Positions 26,584-36,415 of a DNA stretch of 64,000 bases are shown here, one piece after another; the stretch's first letter is position 1, and the number at the start of each line of letters is the position of its first letter. Made by a program: the position numbers and the translations under genes. The stretch comes from Verrucomicrobiales bacterium (GTDB taxonomy: Bacteria > Verrucomicrobiota > Verrucomicrobiia > Verrucomicrobiales > SLCJ01). Below the pieces are notes generated by a model. It ran no database searches and was not told the origin of the DNA. It saw nothing but the letters and a program-made list of their open reading frames with translations. Location of the stretch: positions 1-64,000 of the forward strand of contig JBJTQJ010000040.1 in NCBI GenBank assembly GCA_046075565.1, given 5' to 3'.

Positions 26584-27534
26584 TCAGCATTTCCAAACGA
26601 GGTCGGCTGTGATGCGGTATTCCATGAGGTTGTCCAGGTCGTTGGTGAGCGGTAACTCGAAAGCAGCGCCGAGTTCGATGCTGTCGGTGAGGATGTAGCA
26701 GAAGCCAGCAGCAACCGTCACGATATCCGCATTGTCAGTGGCATGGCTGGACCCGAGGTTGACGAGGTCGCCTCCCTCGAATTGGGCGACCGCAGGGACG
26801 GCTCGCCCAACCTGGTTGCTGAAGCGGCTTTCGCCCGATTCATCGTCAAGGACGTGGAACCAATTCACTTCGACCAAAGGCATGAATTTCTCCGTAAGGG
26901 CATAGCTGAGATGCGCCGAGCCGAAACCGATGGTAGAGTCACCGTCGCTAAATGGGATGCGTGCACCGATGGAGTTGGCGAACTGCCAGTCACCGGCCAT
27001 TTTGAGGTTATTGAGGATGATGTTGATCGCACCGTCGCCTTCTCCTTGCCAGACTTCGCTGTCACCGAGCGGGACTTCAACGGTAGCCGTGCCGCTCATG
27101 GCGTAACCTGCTTCAGGTCGAGCGAGCAGGACGTATTTCAAACCGGCCGCGGTGTTGGCGAATCCCTCGTCCGTGGCGAAAGTAGCGTCCGGGTTGAAAT
27201 CGATATAGCCGTCCTTGGTTGCGACCAAGGACAGTTTGTCGTTAAAAGCGTATTCAGCCTGAATGGCATAAACTTGGAAATCACCGCCGACGGGAAGCTC
27301 ACCAAGGGTGGTGGAAACTTTGTCGGGAAGGGATTGATACATGAAGATCGGATGAATATTCGTGCGTGGAATGGCCAAATCAAAAAGCGTAGGATTGGTA
27401 ATCGGCCGGCGGGCGAGGGCGAATGGATCGCTGGGCGGCGGCGGCGGGACAGGAGTTTTTCCGGAGGCGGGTTCGCCGGCGAAAGCCGGGATGGCAAGCA
27501 GGGTGGCCAAGATGGCGAGGCTATTGGTATTCAT
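26584..27534 (-). CDS. Exported probable outer-membrane beta-barrel/transporter of unknown specificity
   Basis: Signal peptide (..AFA|GEPASGKTPVPP), alternating beta-strand pattern, C-terminal LVWKC. Confidence 0.75.
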   Translation of the reverse strand: MNTNSLAILATLLAIPAFAGEPASGKTPVPPPPPSDPFALARRPITNPTLFDLAIPRTNIHPIFMYQSLPDKVSTTLGELPVGGDFQVYAIQAEYAFNDKLSLVATKDGYIDFNPDATFATDEGFANTAAGLKYVLLARPEAGYAMSGTATVEVPLGDSEVWQGEGDGAINIILNNLKMAGDWQFANSIGARIPFSDGDSTIGFGSAHLSYALTEKFMPLVEVNWFHVLDDESGESRFSNQVGRAVPAVAQFEGGDLVNLGSSHATDNADIVTVAAGFCYILTDSIELGAAFELPLTNDLDNLMEYRITADLVWKC

Positions 27535-27676
27535 TGTGTGGGGGATGGGCAGGTGGGTTCAGTCAGATACCGGATGCGACTATCCGCATCTGGATGAGGC
27601 AAGGCTCGCACCTGCGATTGGAAAAAGCTCCGCATGGTTTCCCGCAAACCACGCATATTTACGCGTGGAATTGGTG

Positions 27677-27712
27677 AAAAAAGAAACCCGCACGGCGAAA
27701 TAACCGTGCGGG
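27677..27712 (-). terminator. Intrinsic terminator of the suf operon
   Basis: CCCGCACGG/CCGTGCGGG stem preceded on + by AAAAAAGAAA (U-tract on minus). Confidence 0.8.
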
Positions 27713-27747
27713 GTGGAGAGTTCGGAATGAGCCGAAAGGCGGAGGAA

Positions 27748-29022
27748 TCAGGCTCCAATCAGCCGGAACTTCTCCTCCATGATTTCGTCGGCCAATAACC
27801 GGACGGCCTCGTGCCCGAAGCGCTCGAAGACCTCTTCCAGGAAGCCGCCGGTAATAAGTTTCCGCGCGGCCTTTTCGGGAATCCCGCGCGCCAGAAGGTA
27901 GAAGAGTTCCTCTTTCTCGATTTGCCCGGAGGTCGAGCCGTGGCTGCACTTTACCTGGTCGGCATTGATTTCCAAGCCAGGGAGTGAATTGGCCTCGGCT
28001 TCCGGTGTCATGAGCAGATTCCGGCAAGTCTGGTAGGCATCGGTGTGGTGGGCACCTTCTCCCACGATGATGAGGCCGGAGAAAATTGTGCGGCTCTTGT
28101 CGAACAGCGCATTCTTATAGAGCAAGTCGCTGGTGGTGTTCCGGGCTTTGTGGAACTGGTAGGTGCGTTGGTCGAACTCCTGTTCATCGCCGGGAATGCT
28201 GGCGGAAAGAAGATTCACGTTGGCGCCTTCCCCGGTCACATGGCTCACGCTTTCCGTCCGCACCCATTTTCCGCCGGTGTTGAGAATAAAACTACGGGCA
28301 TCCGAATCCCGCGCGGCGGTGGTATTGTTGATGAAGATCCCTTTGCTCTGTTGGTTCAATCGCTGGAAGCCCGCGTATTTGAGACGTCCGCCACCGCTAG
28401 CGACGAGGTCATTTACCCCGATGACAAAGGTCGCGTCATCATTGGTGGAGATCCAATGTTCCAGCACGACAACGTCCGCACCGGCTTCCGCGACCATAAG
28501 GGTGTGGGGAAAGTGGGCCGACAACTGACCATCGATGAAATGAACAATCTCGACGGGAGCTTGGGGAATGCAGTTACGGGCGGCGTGAATGAAGACACCT
28601 GCGGTAACATTCGCCTCGTGAAGGGCGGCGAACTTCTCCGAGCCGAGAGGCGTCTCGCTGGCCATGAAATGGGGCTCGATCAAATCCGGACATTTGCGCA
28701 AGGCCTCATCGAGCGGCAGCACGGTCAAACCGTCACGCGATCCGATTCCTTCGCTGGCGACGAGGCAGCCATTATGGAAAACGAGGCGGGCGGCGTGAGC
28801 TTCGAGCGAGTGGCTGGGAATGGCGACGGGGACAGTCGGTTCCGGTGCGGCGACATAGCCTGTGAGATCGGGTTGTTTGACGGAACTGAATCGCCATTTC
28901 TCGTCGGTGCGGAGGGGAGACGGAGTGGAGAGAAATCGGTCCCAAGCGGCTTGGCGGCGTTGGAGGAACCATGCGGGGGCGCCATCAGGGGCGGGGACCG
29001 CGGATGCAAGGACCGAATTCAT
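27748..29022 (-). CDS. sufD: Fe-S cluster assembly protein SufD
   Basis: P....EKWRF, NLL....EA.S.PGLEI.AD.VKCSHG.T, ELFYL.ARGI; follows sufB. Start uncertain (29022 or 29046). Confidence 0.92.
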   Translation of the reverse strand: MNSVLASAVPAPDGAPAWFLQRRQAAWDRFLSTPSPLRTDEKWRFSSVKQPDLTGYVAAPEPTVPVAIPSHSLEAHAARLVFHNGCLVASEGIGSRDGLTVLPLDEALRKCPDLIEPHFMASETPLGSEKFAALHEANVTAGVFIHAARNCIPQAPVEIVHFIDGQLSAHFPHTLMVAEAGADVVVLEHWISTNDDATFVIGVNDLVASGGGRLKYAGFQRLNQQSKGIFINNTTAARDSDARSFILNTGGKWVRTESVSHVTGEGANVNLLSASIPGDEQEFDQRTYQFHKARNTTSDLLYKNALFDKSRTIFSGLIIVGEGAHHTDAYQTCRNLLMTPEAEANSLPGLEINADQVKCSHGSTSGQIEKEELFYLLARGIPEKAARKLITGGFLEEVFERFGHEAVRLLADEIMEEKFRLIGA

Positions 29023-29077
29023 GCGGACGGCTGGATCTTGAAGCAAAGTGGTCGTGGGATGAGGTGGATGGGCAGGT

Positions 29078-30499
29078 TCAACCGACGGACCCTTCCATTT
29101 CGAGTTCGATCAGGCGCTTGAGTTCAACGCTGTATTCCATGGGGAATTCGCGCACGAGGTCGTTGATGAATCCGTTGACGGAAAGGGACATGGCTTCGCC
29201 TTCGCTGAGGCCTCGCTGGCGCATGTAGAAGATTTGTTCTTCGCTCACCTGGCTAACACTGGCCTCGTGTTGGGTGGCATGTTGGTTGCCATTTACGGTG
29301 ATGGCGGGGTAGGTGTCGGTTTGCGAGCTGGAGTTAATCAACAGGGCGTCGCATTCGGTATTGTTCTTGCAGCCCTTCAGGTGGCGGGGAATATGAACTT
29401 GGCCACGGTAGGTAGCGCGTCCGGTGCCCACGCTGATGGACTTTGACACGACATTCGAACTGGTCTCGTCCGCGGCGTGGATCATTTTTGCTCCGGTATC
29501 CTGATGCTGGCCGGTATTGGCGAGAGCGATAGAAATCACCTCTCCCCGAGCTTTGCGGCCTTTCATGACGACGCCAGGGTATTTCATCGTCAAGCGGGAG
29601 CCGATGTTACAATCGATCCAGCGAACCTCGGCTTCCTCCATGGCGAGTCCACGCTTGGTCACCAGATTGAAGACATTTGAACTCCAGTTCTGCACGGTGA
29701 TGTATTGGATCTTGGCGCCTTTCAGGGCGACCAGTTCGACGACGGCGCTGTGGAGAGTGGCCGTCTCGAATTTCGGGGCGGTGCAGCCTTCCATGTAGGT
29801 CACTTCGGAGCCTTCGTCGGCAATGATGAGCGTGCGCTCGAACTGGCCGAAGTTTTCCGAGTTGATGCGGAAGTAGGCTTGCAGCGGATGTTTCACCTTC
29901 ACGCCCGGAGGGACGTAGATGAAACTTCCGCCGGAGAAAACGGCGCTGTTGAGGGCGGAGAATTTATTATCACCGGTCGGGATGACCTTGCCAAACCATT
30001 TGCGGAAAATGTCAGCGTGCTCCTTCAAACCTTCGGTACTATTGACAAAGATGACACCCTGATCCGCGAGAGCGGTTTTGATATTTGAGTATGCGGCTTC
30101 GGAATCGTATTGGGCTTCGACGCCGGCGAGGAACTTCCTCTCCTGCTCGGGAATGCCGAGGCGTTCGAAGGTGTTCTTGATGTCTTCGGGCACCTCGTCC
30201 CAGCTCCGCTTCGGCTTTTCGCCGTCGGAAAGGTAGTAACGGATCGCGTCGAAATCGATATTCTCGAGATCGCGGGTCGCCCAGTGGGTGGGCATCAGTT
30301 TCTCGCGGAAAACCTTGAGGGCGCGGTGGCGGAATTCACGCACCCAATCGGGATCACTTTTGACATCGCAGATGTAATCGATGGTCTTATCCGTGAGACC
30401 GTAACCGGCGTTGAATTTGTGACGCTCCGGGAACTGGAAATTCCCGATGTCGTCCTTTTCGACCGCCAGTTGGGCGACCATGGTGGATTCGTCGTACAT
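29078..30499 (-). CDS. sufB: Fe-S cluster assembly protein SufB
   Basis: [52 protein letters not shown]. Confidence 0.97.
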   Translation of the reverse strand: MYDESTMVAQLAVEKDDIGNFQFPERHKFNAGYGLTDKTIDYICDVKSDPDWVREFRHRALKVFREKLMPTHWATRDLENIDFDAIRYYLSDGEKPKRSWDEVPEDIKNTFERLGIPEQERKFLAGVEAQYDSEAAYSNIKTALADQGVIFVNSTEGLKEHADIFRKWFGKVIPTGDNKFSALNSAVFSGGSFIYVPPGVKVKHPLQAYFRINSENFGQFERTLIIADEGSEVTYMEGCTAPKFETATLHSAVVELVALKGAKIQYITVQNWSSNVFNLVTKRGLAMEEAEVRWIDCNIGSRLTMKYPGVVMKGRKARGEVISIALANTGQHQDTGAKMIHAADETSSNVVSKSISVGTGRATYRGQVHIPRHLKGCKNNTECDALLINSSSQTDTYPAITVNGNQHATQHEASVSQVSEEQIFYMRQRGLSEGEAMSLSVNGFINDLVREFPMEYSVELKRLIELEMEGSVG

Positions 30500-30526
30500 G
30501 GCTGTGAGTATGTTTGGGGTGGAATC

Positions 30527-31267
30527 TCAGACGGCGGCGGTTTCGTAGCCTTTTTCCTCGAGTTCGAGGGCAAGTTCCTTGCCGCCGGTCTGGCGGATGC
30601 GGCCTTCATACATGACGTGTACTTTGTCCGGCACGATGTAATTGAGCAGACGCTGGTAGTGGGTGATGACGAGGAAGCCGCGATCAGGAGAACGCATGGC
30701 ATTGACTCCGTTGGAGACAATGCGCAAAGCATCGATATCGAGGCCCGAATCGGTTTCGTCGAGCACGGCGAACTTCGGCTCCAGCATCATCATCTGCAGG
30801 ATCTCGTTGCGTTTCTTTTCACCGCCGGAGAAACCCTCGTTCACAGCCCGGGCGGTGAACTTTCGGTCCATTTCAAGCTGGTCCATGCGCGCGTAGAGTT
30901 GTTTGTAGAAGGCGACGGCATCGATTTCTTCTCCTTGGGGGAGACGGGCCTGGAGGGCGGCGCGCAGGAAATTGGCATTGCTCACACCGGGGATTTCGTG
31001 CGGGTATTGAAAGGCGAGGAAGAAACCGGCGCGGCTGCGCTGGTCGATTTCAAGATCGAGGAGGTTGACTCCATCCATGAGGACTTCTCCGTCGGTCACT
31101 TCATACCCCTCGTGCCCGGCGAGGACTTTGGCGAGGGTGCTTTTGCCGGAGCCGTTCGGGCCCATGATGGCATGGACTTCGCCAGCGGGCAGGACGAGGT
31201 CGAGGCCCTTGAGGATTTCCTGACCGTTGACGTTGGCGTGGAGGTTGCGGATGACTAGGCTGCTCAT
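30527..31267 (-). CDS. sufC: Fe-S cluster assembly ATPase SufC
   Basis: [58 protein letters not shown]. Confidence 0.97.
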   Translation of the reverse strand: MSSLVIRNLHANVNGQEILKGLDLVLPAGEVHAIMGPNGSGKSTLAKVLAGHEGYEVTDGEVLMDGVNLLDLEIDQRSRAGFFLAFQYPHEIPGVSNANFLRAALQARLPQGEEIDAVAFYKQLYARMDQLEMDRKFTARAVNEGFSGGEKKRNEILQMMMLEPKFAVLDETDSGLDIDALRIVSNGVNAMRSPDRGFLVITHYQRLLNYIVPDKVHVMYEGRIRQTGGKELALELEEKGYETAAV

Positions 31268-31307
31268 GATGTTAATTTGTGATTATGTATTTGGTAGAGG
31301 GTCTGGT

Positions 31308-31754
31308 TTATTTGCGGCGGGCCGCGGCGAGGGTGCCTTTGAGGGAGATATCCGCGCGATTCACGCGGGCTCCGCGGGGCAGTTTGAAAATGCTGTGGAG
31401 ATCGATGCCCTCGCGTAACTCGACGTCGAGCACTTCTCCTGTCGATTCGTCGTAGAAGTGGGCGTGTTCGCGAAGGTTTGGACAGAAGCGGGATGGGCCG
31501 CGTTCGATGTTCACCTGCCGGATGAGCCCGGCCTGGGCCAAGGTCTCAAGACAGTTGTATACCGTAGCCAACGAAATAGCCGGCATGTGGGTTTGAGCAC
31601 GAATGAAAAGCTCGGACGCGGTCGGGTGGTCGCGCGTCTCGATCAGCATCTGATAGACTTCCCGGCGCTGGCGCGTCCAGCGGAAACCCTGCGGTCCTCC
31701 GGGCAACGGAGACTCGTTTGATGCGTTCGGCGTGATGGTTGGAGATGCTGGCAT
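31308..31754 (-). CDS. Fur-family transcriptional regulator (PerR/Irr-like)
   Basis: TRQR, HPTA.E, SLATVYN.L, HAHF; no CxxC motifs. Confidence 0.88.
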   Translation of the reverse strand: MPASPTITPNASNESPLPGGPQGFRWTRQRREVYQMLIETRDHPTASELFIRAQTHMPAISLATVYNCLETLAQAGLIRQVNIERGPSRFCPNLREHAHFYDESTGEVLDVELREGIDLHSIFKLPRGARVNRADISLKGTLAAARRK

Positions 31755-31805
31755 GAAATCCTGGGTTGGCAAAGGCGCGTAACGTGCCGCAAGCCACCTT
31801 GGATT

Positions 31806-31820
31806 CAAGAATTATTCTAA
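31806..31820. promoter_or_regulatory. Per-box/ICE-like 7-1-7 operator upstream of the Fur-family-suf operon
   Basis: CAAGAAT-T-ATTCTAA, AT-rich inverted repeat in GC-rich DNA, ~50 nt upstream of the regulator ATG. Confidence 0.6.
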
Positions 31821-33520
31821 TTTTTGTTCTTTTCCTCGCCTTCTTCCTGTCGCAGGGCTTCGTCGGCGGCCGCCCAGACGGAGGAGAGGGCAACGGCGGC
31901 GGCTTCGGTTCCCGCCCGGTCCCCGGTTTTTGAACGGGCATTCTGCAGCCCCCTCAGCGCCCAACCGGATTGGGGGCGTTCGCGCACGGCTTGTTCCCAA
32001 GCGCGAACGGCGGTCGGAAAATCCCCCGCACGACCGAAAGTTGCGGCCATGGACTCGGCGGCTCCGCGCGGCCAGCGCGGAATGGCACGGGATGCTCCCG
32101 AGATTTGTCGGCCGGTGGCTCTGCGCCACCACACGGCAGCCATGGTCCGGTCCCCGGAAAGGAATTTCTCCCCTGCTCGAAGGTCATATTGCAGGAAATC
32201 CGCGAGCCGGAAAACCTCGGCGAATTGCGGTTCCATGCCCGCTTTTTTCGACTGTTCGACCAACTCGCCCAGTTGGGCGAAGGATGTCTCCAGTTTTTTC
32301 AGCACCTCTTTTGCCGATGCTGATTGGCCTGATTCCAGAGCGAGCTGGCCTTCGATGTAAAGACGCAGGCACTCCATGGAGCGGGCAAAAAATGGCGAGG
32401 AGGCAAGAATCGGGTGATCGATCGGAGGTAGACTGTGAATGGCCTGCCGCCATTCGCTGGCACGGGCGTGAACCCGCGCCTCCGCCGACAAGGAAAAAAA
32501 GCCGAACTCGCGGGTAGCGGAGGAGGGTGGGAGACCGCTTGGCAGATCGATCTGGCGGGCGGCACGAGCCAAGGCGAGGGCATCTTCTTTCCGGCCGGCT
32601 TCGACGAGCGCCATGGCCAGCATGTCGAGGTTGTCGAAATAAGTTGGCGCGGCGACGGGCGAAATACCCTCTTCGGCGAGGCTTTTTTCTTCGAACCGCC
32701 GGGCATCATCGAGAGCAGCAGCGGCGGCGGCAGCATCTCCGGAGCGGTAGAAAACCATCCCCGCGACCTGGCGAAAGTAGGCGGATGGTGGCGAAAGAGC
32801 CAGCAGCAGGCGCGCTTGTCCGAGGGCTTCATCAGGACTCGGGCCGACGAGGGCGAGTTGGCACCAGGCGTGCAAGACGACCGGATCCTCGGGATATTTT
32901 TCCAGATGAATGGCGAGCAGAGCCCGGGCAGCCTTTTGCCCGAGGTGGGGTTCGCCAGCGAGATCGTGACCGTCGCGTAGCATCAGGGGAAGCCAGACCT
33001 GGGCATTCCGGTCATCAGGGTGGGCTTTGCGGATGGCTTCAAGAGACTCGGCGAAAGCGCGGACGCCGCGCAAGTGAAGAGCGGCGAGCGCGTCCACCCA
33101 CATCTGCTCGCGGGGATTGGTGCGGATGCGGAGAAGGTTGGCGCTTCGGTAACATTTCTCGCGCACCTCCTTTGCCTCGTCGCCTCTTTCAAGCAGGGCA
33201 AGGTAGAGGCCGACCCAAGCCATCGGGCAGGAATCGTCCTCGCGCAGAGCGGTTAAAAAATGCCGTGCCGCCTGGGGGCTGCGGAAAAGCTGCAGTTGGT
33301 AGAGCCCGCGGTTGGTGAGGTCGGCGGGGGAAGGCCCGGCGGCGGTCACTTCGAGGGAATATTCGGGCACCAGAGGCCCCCACTTTCCCGTCTTGATATT
33401 TTCCATGCCGCTGATGACCGGCAAGCCGTGCGGGCCCACCGCCTTGGCCTCGGGAGCGGCCCCTGCGAAGGGGATTGCGCTGCTTAGGAAGAGGAGAAAA
33501 ATGAAAAATGCCACACGCAT
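31817..33520 (-). CDS. Exported TPR-containing protein
   Basis: Signal peptide MRVAFFIFLLFLSSAIPFAGA; CPMAW.G and P.SGWAL.GL helical repeats. Confidence 0.8.
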   Translation of the reverse strand: MRVAFFIFLLFLSSAIPFAGAAPEAKAVGPHGLPVISGMENIKTGKWGPLVPEYSLEVTAAGPSPADLTNRGLYQLQLFRSPQAARHFLTALREDDSCPMAWVGLYLALLERGDEAKEVREKCYRSANLLRIRTNPREQMWVDALAALHLRGVRAFAESLEAIRKAHPDDRNAQVWLPLMLRDGHDLAGEPHLGQKAARALLAIHLEKYPEDPVVLHAWCQLALVGPSPDEALGQARLLLALSPPSAYFRQVAGMVFYRSGDAAAAAAALDDARRFEEKSLAEEGISPVAAPTYFDNLDMLAMALVEAGRKEDALALARAARQIDLPSGLPPSSATREFGFFSLSAEARVHARASEWRQAIHSLPPIDHPILASSPFFARSMECLRLYIEGQLALESGQSASAKEVLKKLETSFAQLGELVEQSKKAGMEPQFAEVFRLADFLQYDLRAGEKFLSGDRTMAAVWWRRATGRQISGASRAIPRWPRGAAESMAATFGRAGDFPTAVRAWEQAVRERPQSGWALRGLQNARSKTGDRAGTEAAAVALSSVWAAADEALRQEEGEEKNKN

Positions 33521-33596
33521 GGCCCCATGGTGCCCGCCATGGCGGTTCCGCGCAACGGGGAATTGCGCCCGCGACGGGGCGGGGGTAGTTTCCGGC

Positions 33597-34439
33597 ATGT
33601 ATCAACTCGCACTCATCGGCTGCGGAAAAATGGGCCAGGCTCTTTTGCGCGGCATTCTCCGCTCGGGCTTTTTGTCGGCATCCGAAATCCTCGTCTGCGA
33701 TGTCGCCCGCGAGCCCTTGGCCAAGCTGCTTGATGAAACCGGCGTGGCTTTCACCAACTCGCCGATGGAAGTCGCGGAAAAAGCCGCCGCCATTCTCGTG
33801 GCGGTGAAACCGAAGGACGTGTCCGCCCTTTTCCTGGACATGCCGCCGGGAAACATGGCCAGCAAACTTGTCCTTTCGGTGGCGGCGGGCGTCACCCTCG
33901 CCCAATTGGCCAACTACCTCCCGCGCGGGGCCCGCATCGTTCGCGTCATGCCGAACACGCCCGCGCTCGTGGGCAAAGGCGCGAGCGCGTATGCATGCGA
34001 GTCGGATGTGACCGCCGCGGATGTCGAATTTATTGAAAAGGTTTTCGGTTCCGTCGGGATCGTCCGGCGGGTCGAGGAAAAACTGCTCGATGCCGTCACT
34101 GGTCTCAGCGGCAGCGGTCCGGCCTATGTTTTCATGGTCATCGAGGCGCTCGCCGATGGCGGCGTGCATTGTGGTTTACCCCGGGCATTGGCGCTTGAAC
34201 TCGCCGCTGCTACCGTGGCGGGAGCAGCCGCCATGGTCTCGGAGAGCGGCGAACATCCGGCCGCCCTGCGCGATGCGGTGGCCAGTCCCGGTGGCACAAC
34301 CATCGCTGGCATCGCCGCTCTCGAAGCGGATGGGCTCCGCAACGCGCTCATCCGCGCCGTCACCGCGGCCGCCCGCCGCAGCGCGGAAATGTCCCGCCCG
34401 GCCAATGGCCACGGGGCGGCGCGTCCGGAAGAAGCCTGA
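33597..34439 (+). CDS. proC: Pyrroline-5-carboxylate reductase
   Basis: IGCGKMG, AVKP, RVMPNTPA, LSGSGPAY, SPGGTTI; start at MYQLALIG. Confidence 0.96.
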   Translation: MYQLALIGCGKMGQALLRGILRSGFLSASEILVCDVAREPLAKLLDETGVAFTNSPMEVAEKAAAILVAVKPKDVSALFLDMPPGNMASKLVLSVAAGVTLAQLANYLPRGARIVRVMPNTPALVGKGASAYACESDVTAADVEFIEKVFGSVGIVRRVEEKLLDAVTGLSGSGPAYVFMVIEALADGGVHCGLPRALALELAAATVAGAAAMVSESGEHPAALRDAVASPGGTTIAGIAALEADGLRNALIRAVTAAARRSAEMSRPANGHGAARPEEA

Positions 34440-34457
34440 GCGGCGTTTGGTGTGCGC

Positions 34458-34958
34458 ATGTCCCGTCCCGCCCAATCCCGTGCCTTTCTCGTCGGCCTCG
34501 GCCTGCTCCTTGCTGTGATCGGCGGAGGATTCTGTTATTGGCTCGGAAGCAGTTATCTCCGCGTGAAGGCAGTGGATGCGTGGCCGGAACTGCGTTGCGT
34601 GATCCTGCGTTCCGAGGTCGAGGAATTCCTGCCCGTGCCGAATGTCGCCCCGCGTTACCGGGTGAAAATCGATTACTATTATGAATACAATGGACGCTCC
34701 TGGCATTCGGGGCGCGTGCGTTCCCGCGAACGCGCCACCGCTTTAAAGAACCGCGCCGAACAGTGGCAGGCGAAATACCCCACCGGCCGGGAGACGGTTT
34801 GTTTTGTCAATCCTGCCGATCCTTCCTTCGCCATTCTGGAGAAAGATTCAAAGGCCGTCATCTACACCATCTGGTTTCCCGGATTGTTCGTCGTCGGAGG
34901 CCTCGGCATGGCCTTGCAAGCCTTGCGGAAGAAGGGCGATGCTCCTCGCACAGCCTGA
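34458..34958 (+). CDS. DUF3592-like membrane protein
   Basis: N-terminal TM, W.E..C.I..S, Y.Y.Y.G, YP.G....FVNPADP..A.L, C-terminal TM. Confidence 0.8.
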   Translation: MSRPAQSRAFLVGLGLLLAVIGGGFCYWLGSSYLRVKAVDAWPELRCVILRSEVEEFLPVPNVAPRYRVKIDYYYEYNGRSWHSGRVRSRERATALKNRAEQWQAKYPTGRETVCFVNPADPSFAILEKDSKAVIYTIWFPGLFVVGGLGMALQALRKKGDAPRTA

Positions 34959-34965
34959 GGTCGCC

Positions 34966-36336
34966 TCAGCGTTTCGCCACCAGATCGTAGCCGCGCCAAC
35001 CTTCGATGGTCACCGCGGCGAACTCGCCCACCGGCAACGACTCATCCACGAAGACCGTCCCATCGATCTCCGGCGCGTCCCACTCCGTGCGCGCCACGCC
35101 GGCTGATTCGACCAACACGCGCTGCCGCTGGCCGACTCTCTCCTCGTTGAGTTCGGAAGCGATCTTCTGCAATTCGGCCATGGCGCGGTTCCACCGGCTT
35201 TTGCGTGTCTGGTGGTGCAAGTGCCCGTCCATCTTGTAAGCTCGCGTGCCTTCTTCCTTCGAGTAGTTGAAGACACCCGCCCGCTCGAAACGGAATTCTC
35301 GGATGAAGCCGAGCAACTCCTGGAAATCATCTTCCGTTTCCCCGGGAAACCCGACAATAAAGGTGGTGCGGATTCCCAGCCCCGGAATGCCCGAGCGCAT
35401 CCGGCGGATCAAATCACGGATGTAATCCCCGCTCGTCTCGCGTTGCATGAGTTCCAGCATACGATCGGAAATGTGCTGCAAAGGGATATCGACATACTTC
35501 GCCACCTTCTTGCTCTCCGCGATGGCCGCGATCAACTCGTCGCTCCAATGAGCCGGATGGGTGTAGAGCAAACGAACCCAGAAATCCCCCTCGATGGTAT
35601 CCAATTCGCGGATCAAAGTCGCCAGTGATTCCCCTTTGCTCGAATCGACCGGCGAACGGGGACTCGGGCGCGCGTCTTGCCAGCGATCCATGCCGAAATA
35701 CGTCGTGTCTTGCGAGATCAAATTGATCTCCTTGCAACCGGCTTTGACCAATGCCCGCGCCTCGCGCACCACACTTTCCTGGGTGCGGCTGCGGTGCCGC
35801 CCCCGGATCTGAGGGATGATGCAGAATGTGCAGGGATGGTTACAGCCTTCCGCGATTTTAATGTAGGCGCTGTGCCTCGGCGTGAGCCGGAATCGCGGTG
35901 TGTCGTAATCGGGAATATATTTCGGCTGGCGTGTGACCAGATTCTCCGGCTCTTCTCTTTTGCTCCGGTCTTTCGCCACCAGACCTTCGATGATCGGCGC
36001 AACCTTGGTGATTTGATCCAGTCCGATAAACGCGTCCACTTCCGGCATCAACCCCGGCAACTCCTTGGAAAACCGTTGCGAGAGACATCCGGCTACGATG
36101 ATTTTCTGGCGCGCCCGCTTTTTCGAGGAGGCCCGACCATCAACGGCTTCGCTAATCGCGCCGATGCTCTCCTGTTTCGCCATATCGATGAACGAGCAGG
36201 TATTTACAATGAGCACGTCGGCCAGCTCCGCTTCCGGGGTCATGATCATGCCCGCCTCTTGCAGGTGACCGACCATGATTTCGGAATCGATGAGATTCTT
36301 TGCACAACCGAGGGAGATGAGACCGACACGGACCAT
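34966..36336 (-). CDS. rimO: Ribosomal protein S12 methylthiotransferase RimO
   Basis: SLGCAKNLIDSE, NTCSFI..A..ES, IAEGCNHPCTFCIIP, APEIDG. Confidence 0.96.
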   Translation of the reverse strand: MVRVGLISLGCAKNLIDSEIMVGHLQEAGMIMTPEAELADVLIVNTCSFIDMAKQESIGAISEAVDGRASSKKRARQKIIVAGCLSQRFSKELPGLMPEVDAFIGLDQITKVAPIIEGLVAKDRSKREEPENLVTRQPKYIPDYDTPRFRLTPRHSAYIKIAEGCNHPCTFCIIPQIRGRHRSRTQESVVREARALVKAGCKEINLISQDTTYFGMDRWQDARPSPRSPVDSSKGESLATLIRELDTIEGDFWVRLLYTHPAHWSDELIAAIAESKKVAKYVDIPLQHISDRMLELMQRETSGDYIRDLIRRMRSGIPGLGIRTTFIVGFPGETEDDFQELLGFIREFRFERAGVFNYSKEEGTRAYKMDGHLHHQTRKSRWNRAMAELQKIASELNEERVGQRQRVLVESAGVARTEWDAPEIDGTVFVDESLPVGEFAAVTIEGWRGYDLVAKR

Positions 36337-36415
36337 AAGGGCGCATATTATACATCCAATTGCCGGATGGGAAAGCAAAGCTTGAGCCCGACTCCGATTC
36401 GGGCGATACTTGCAT

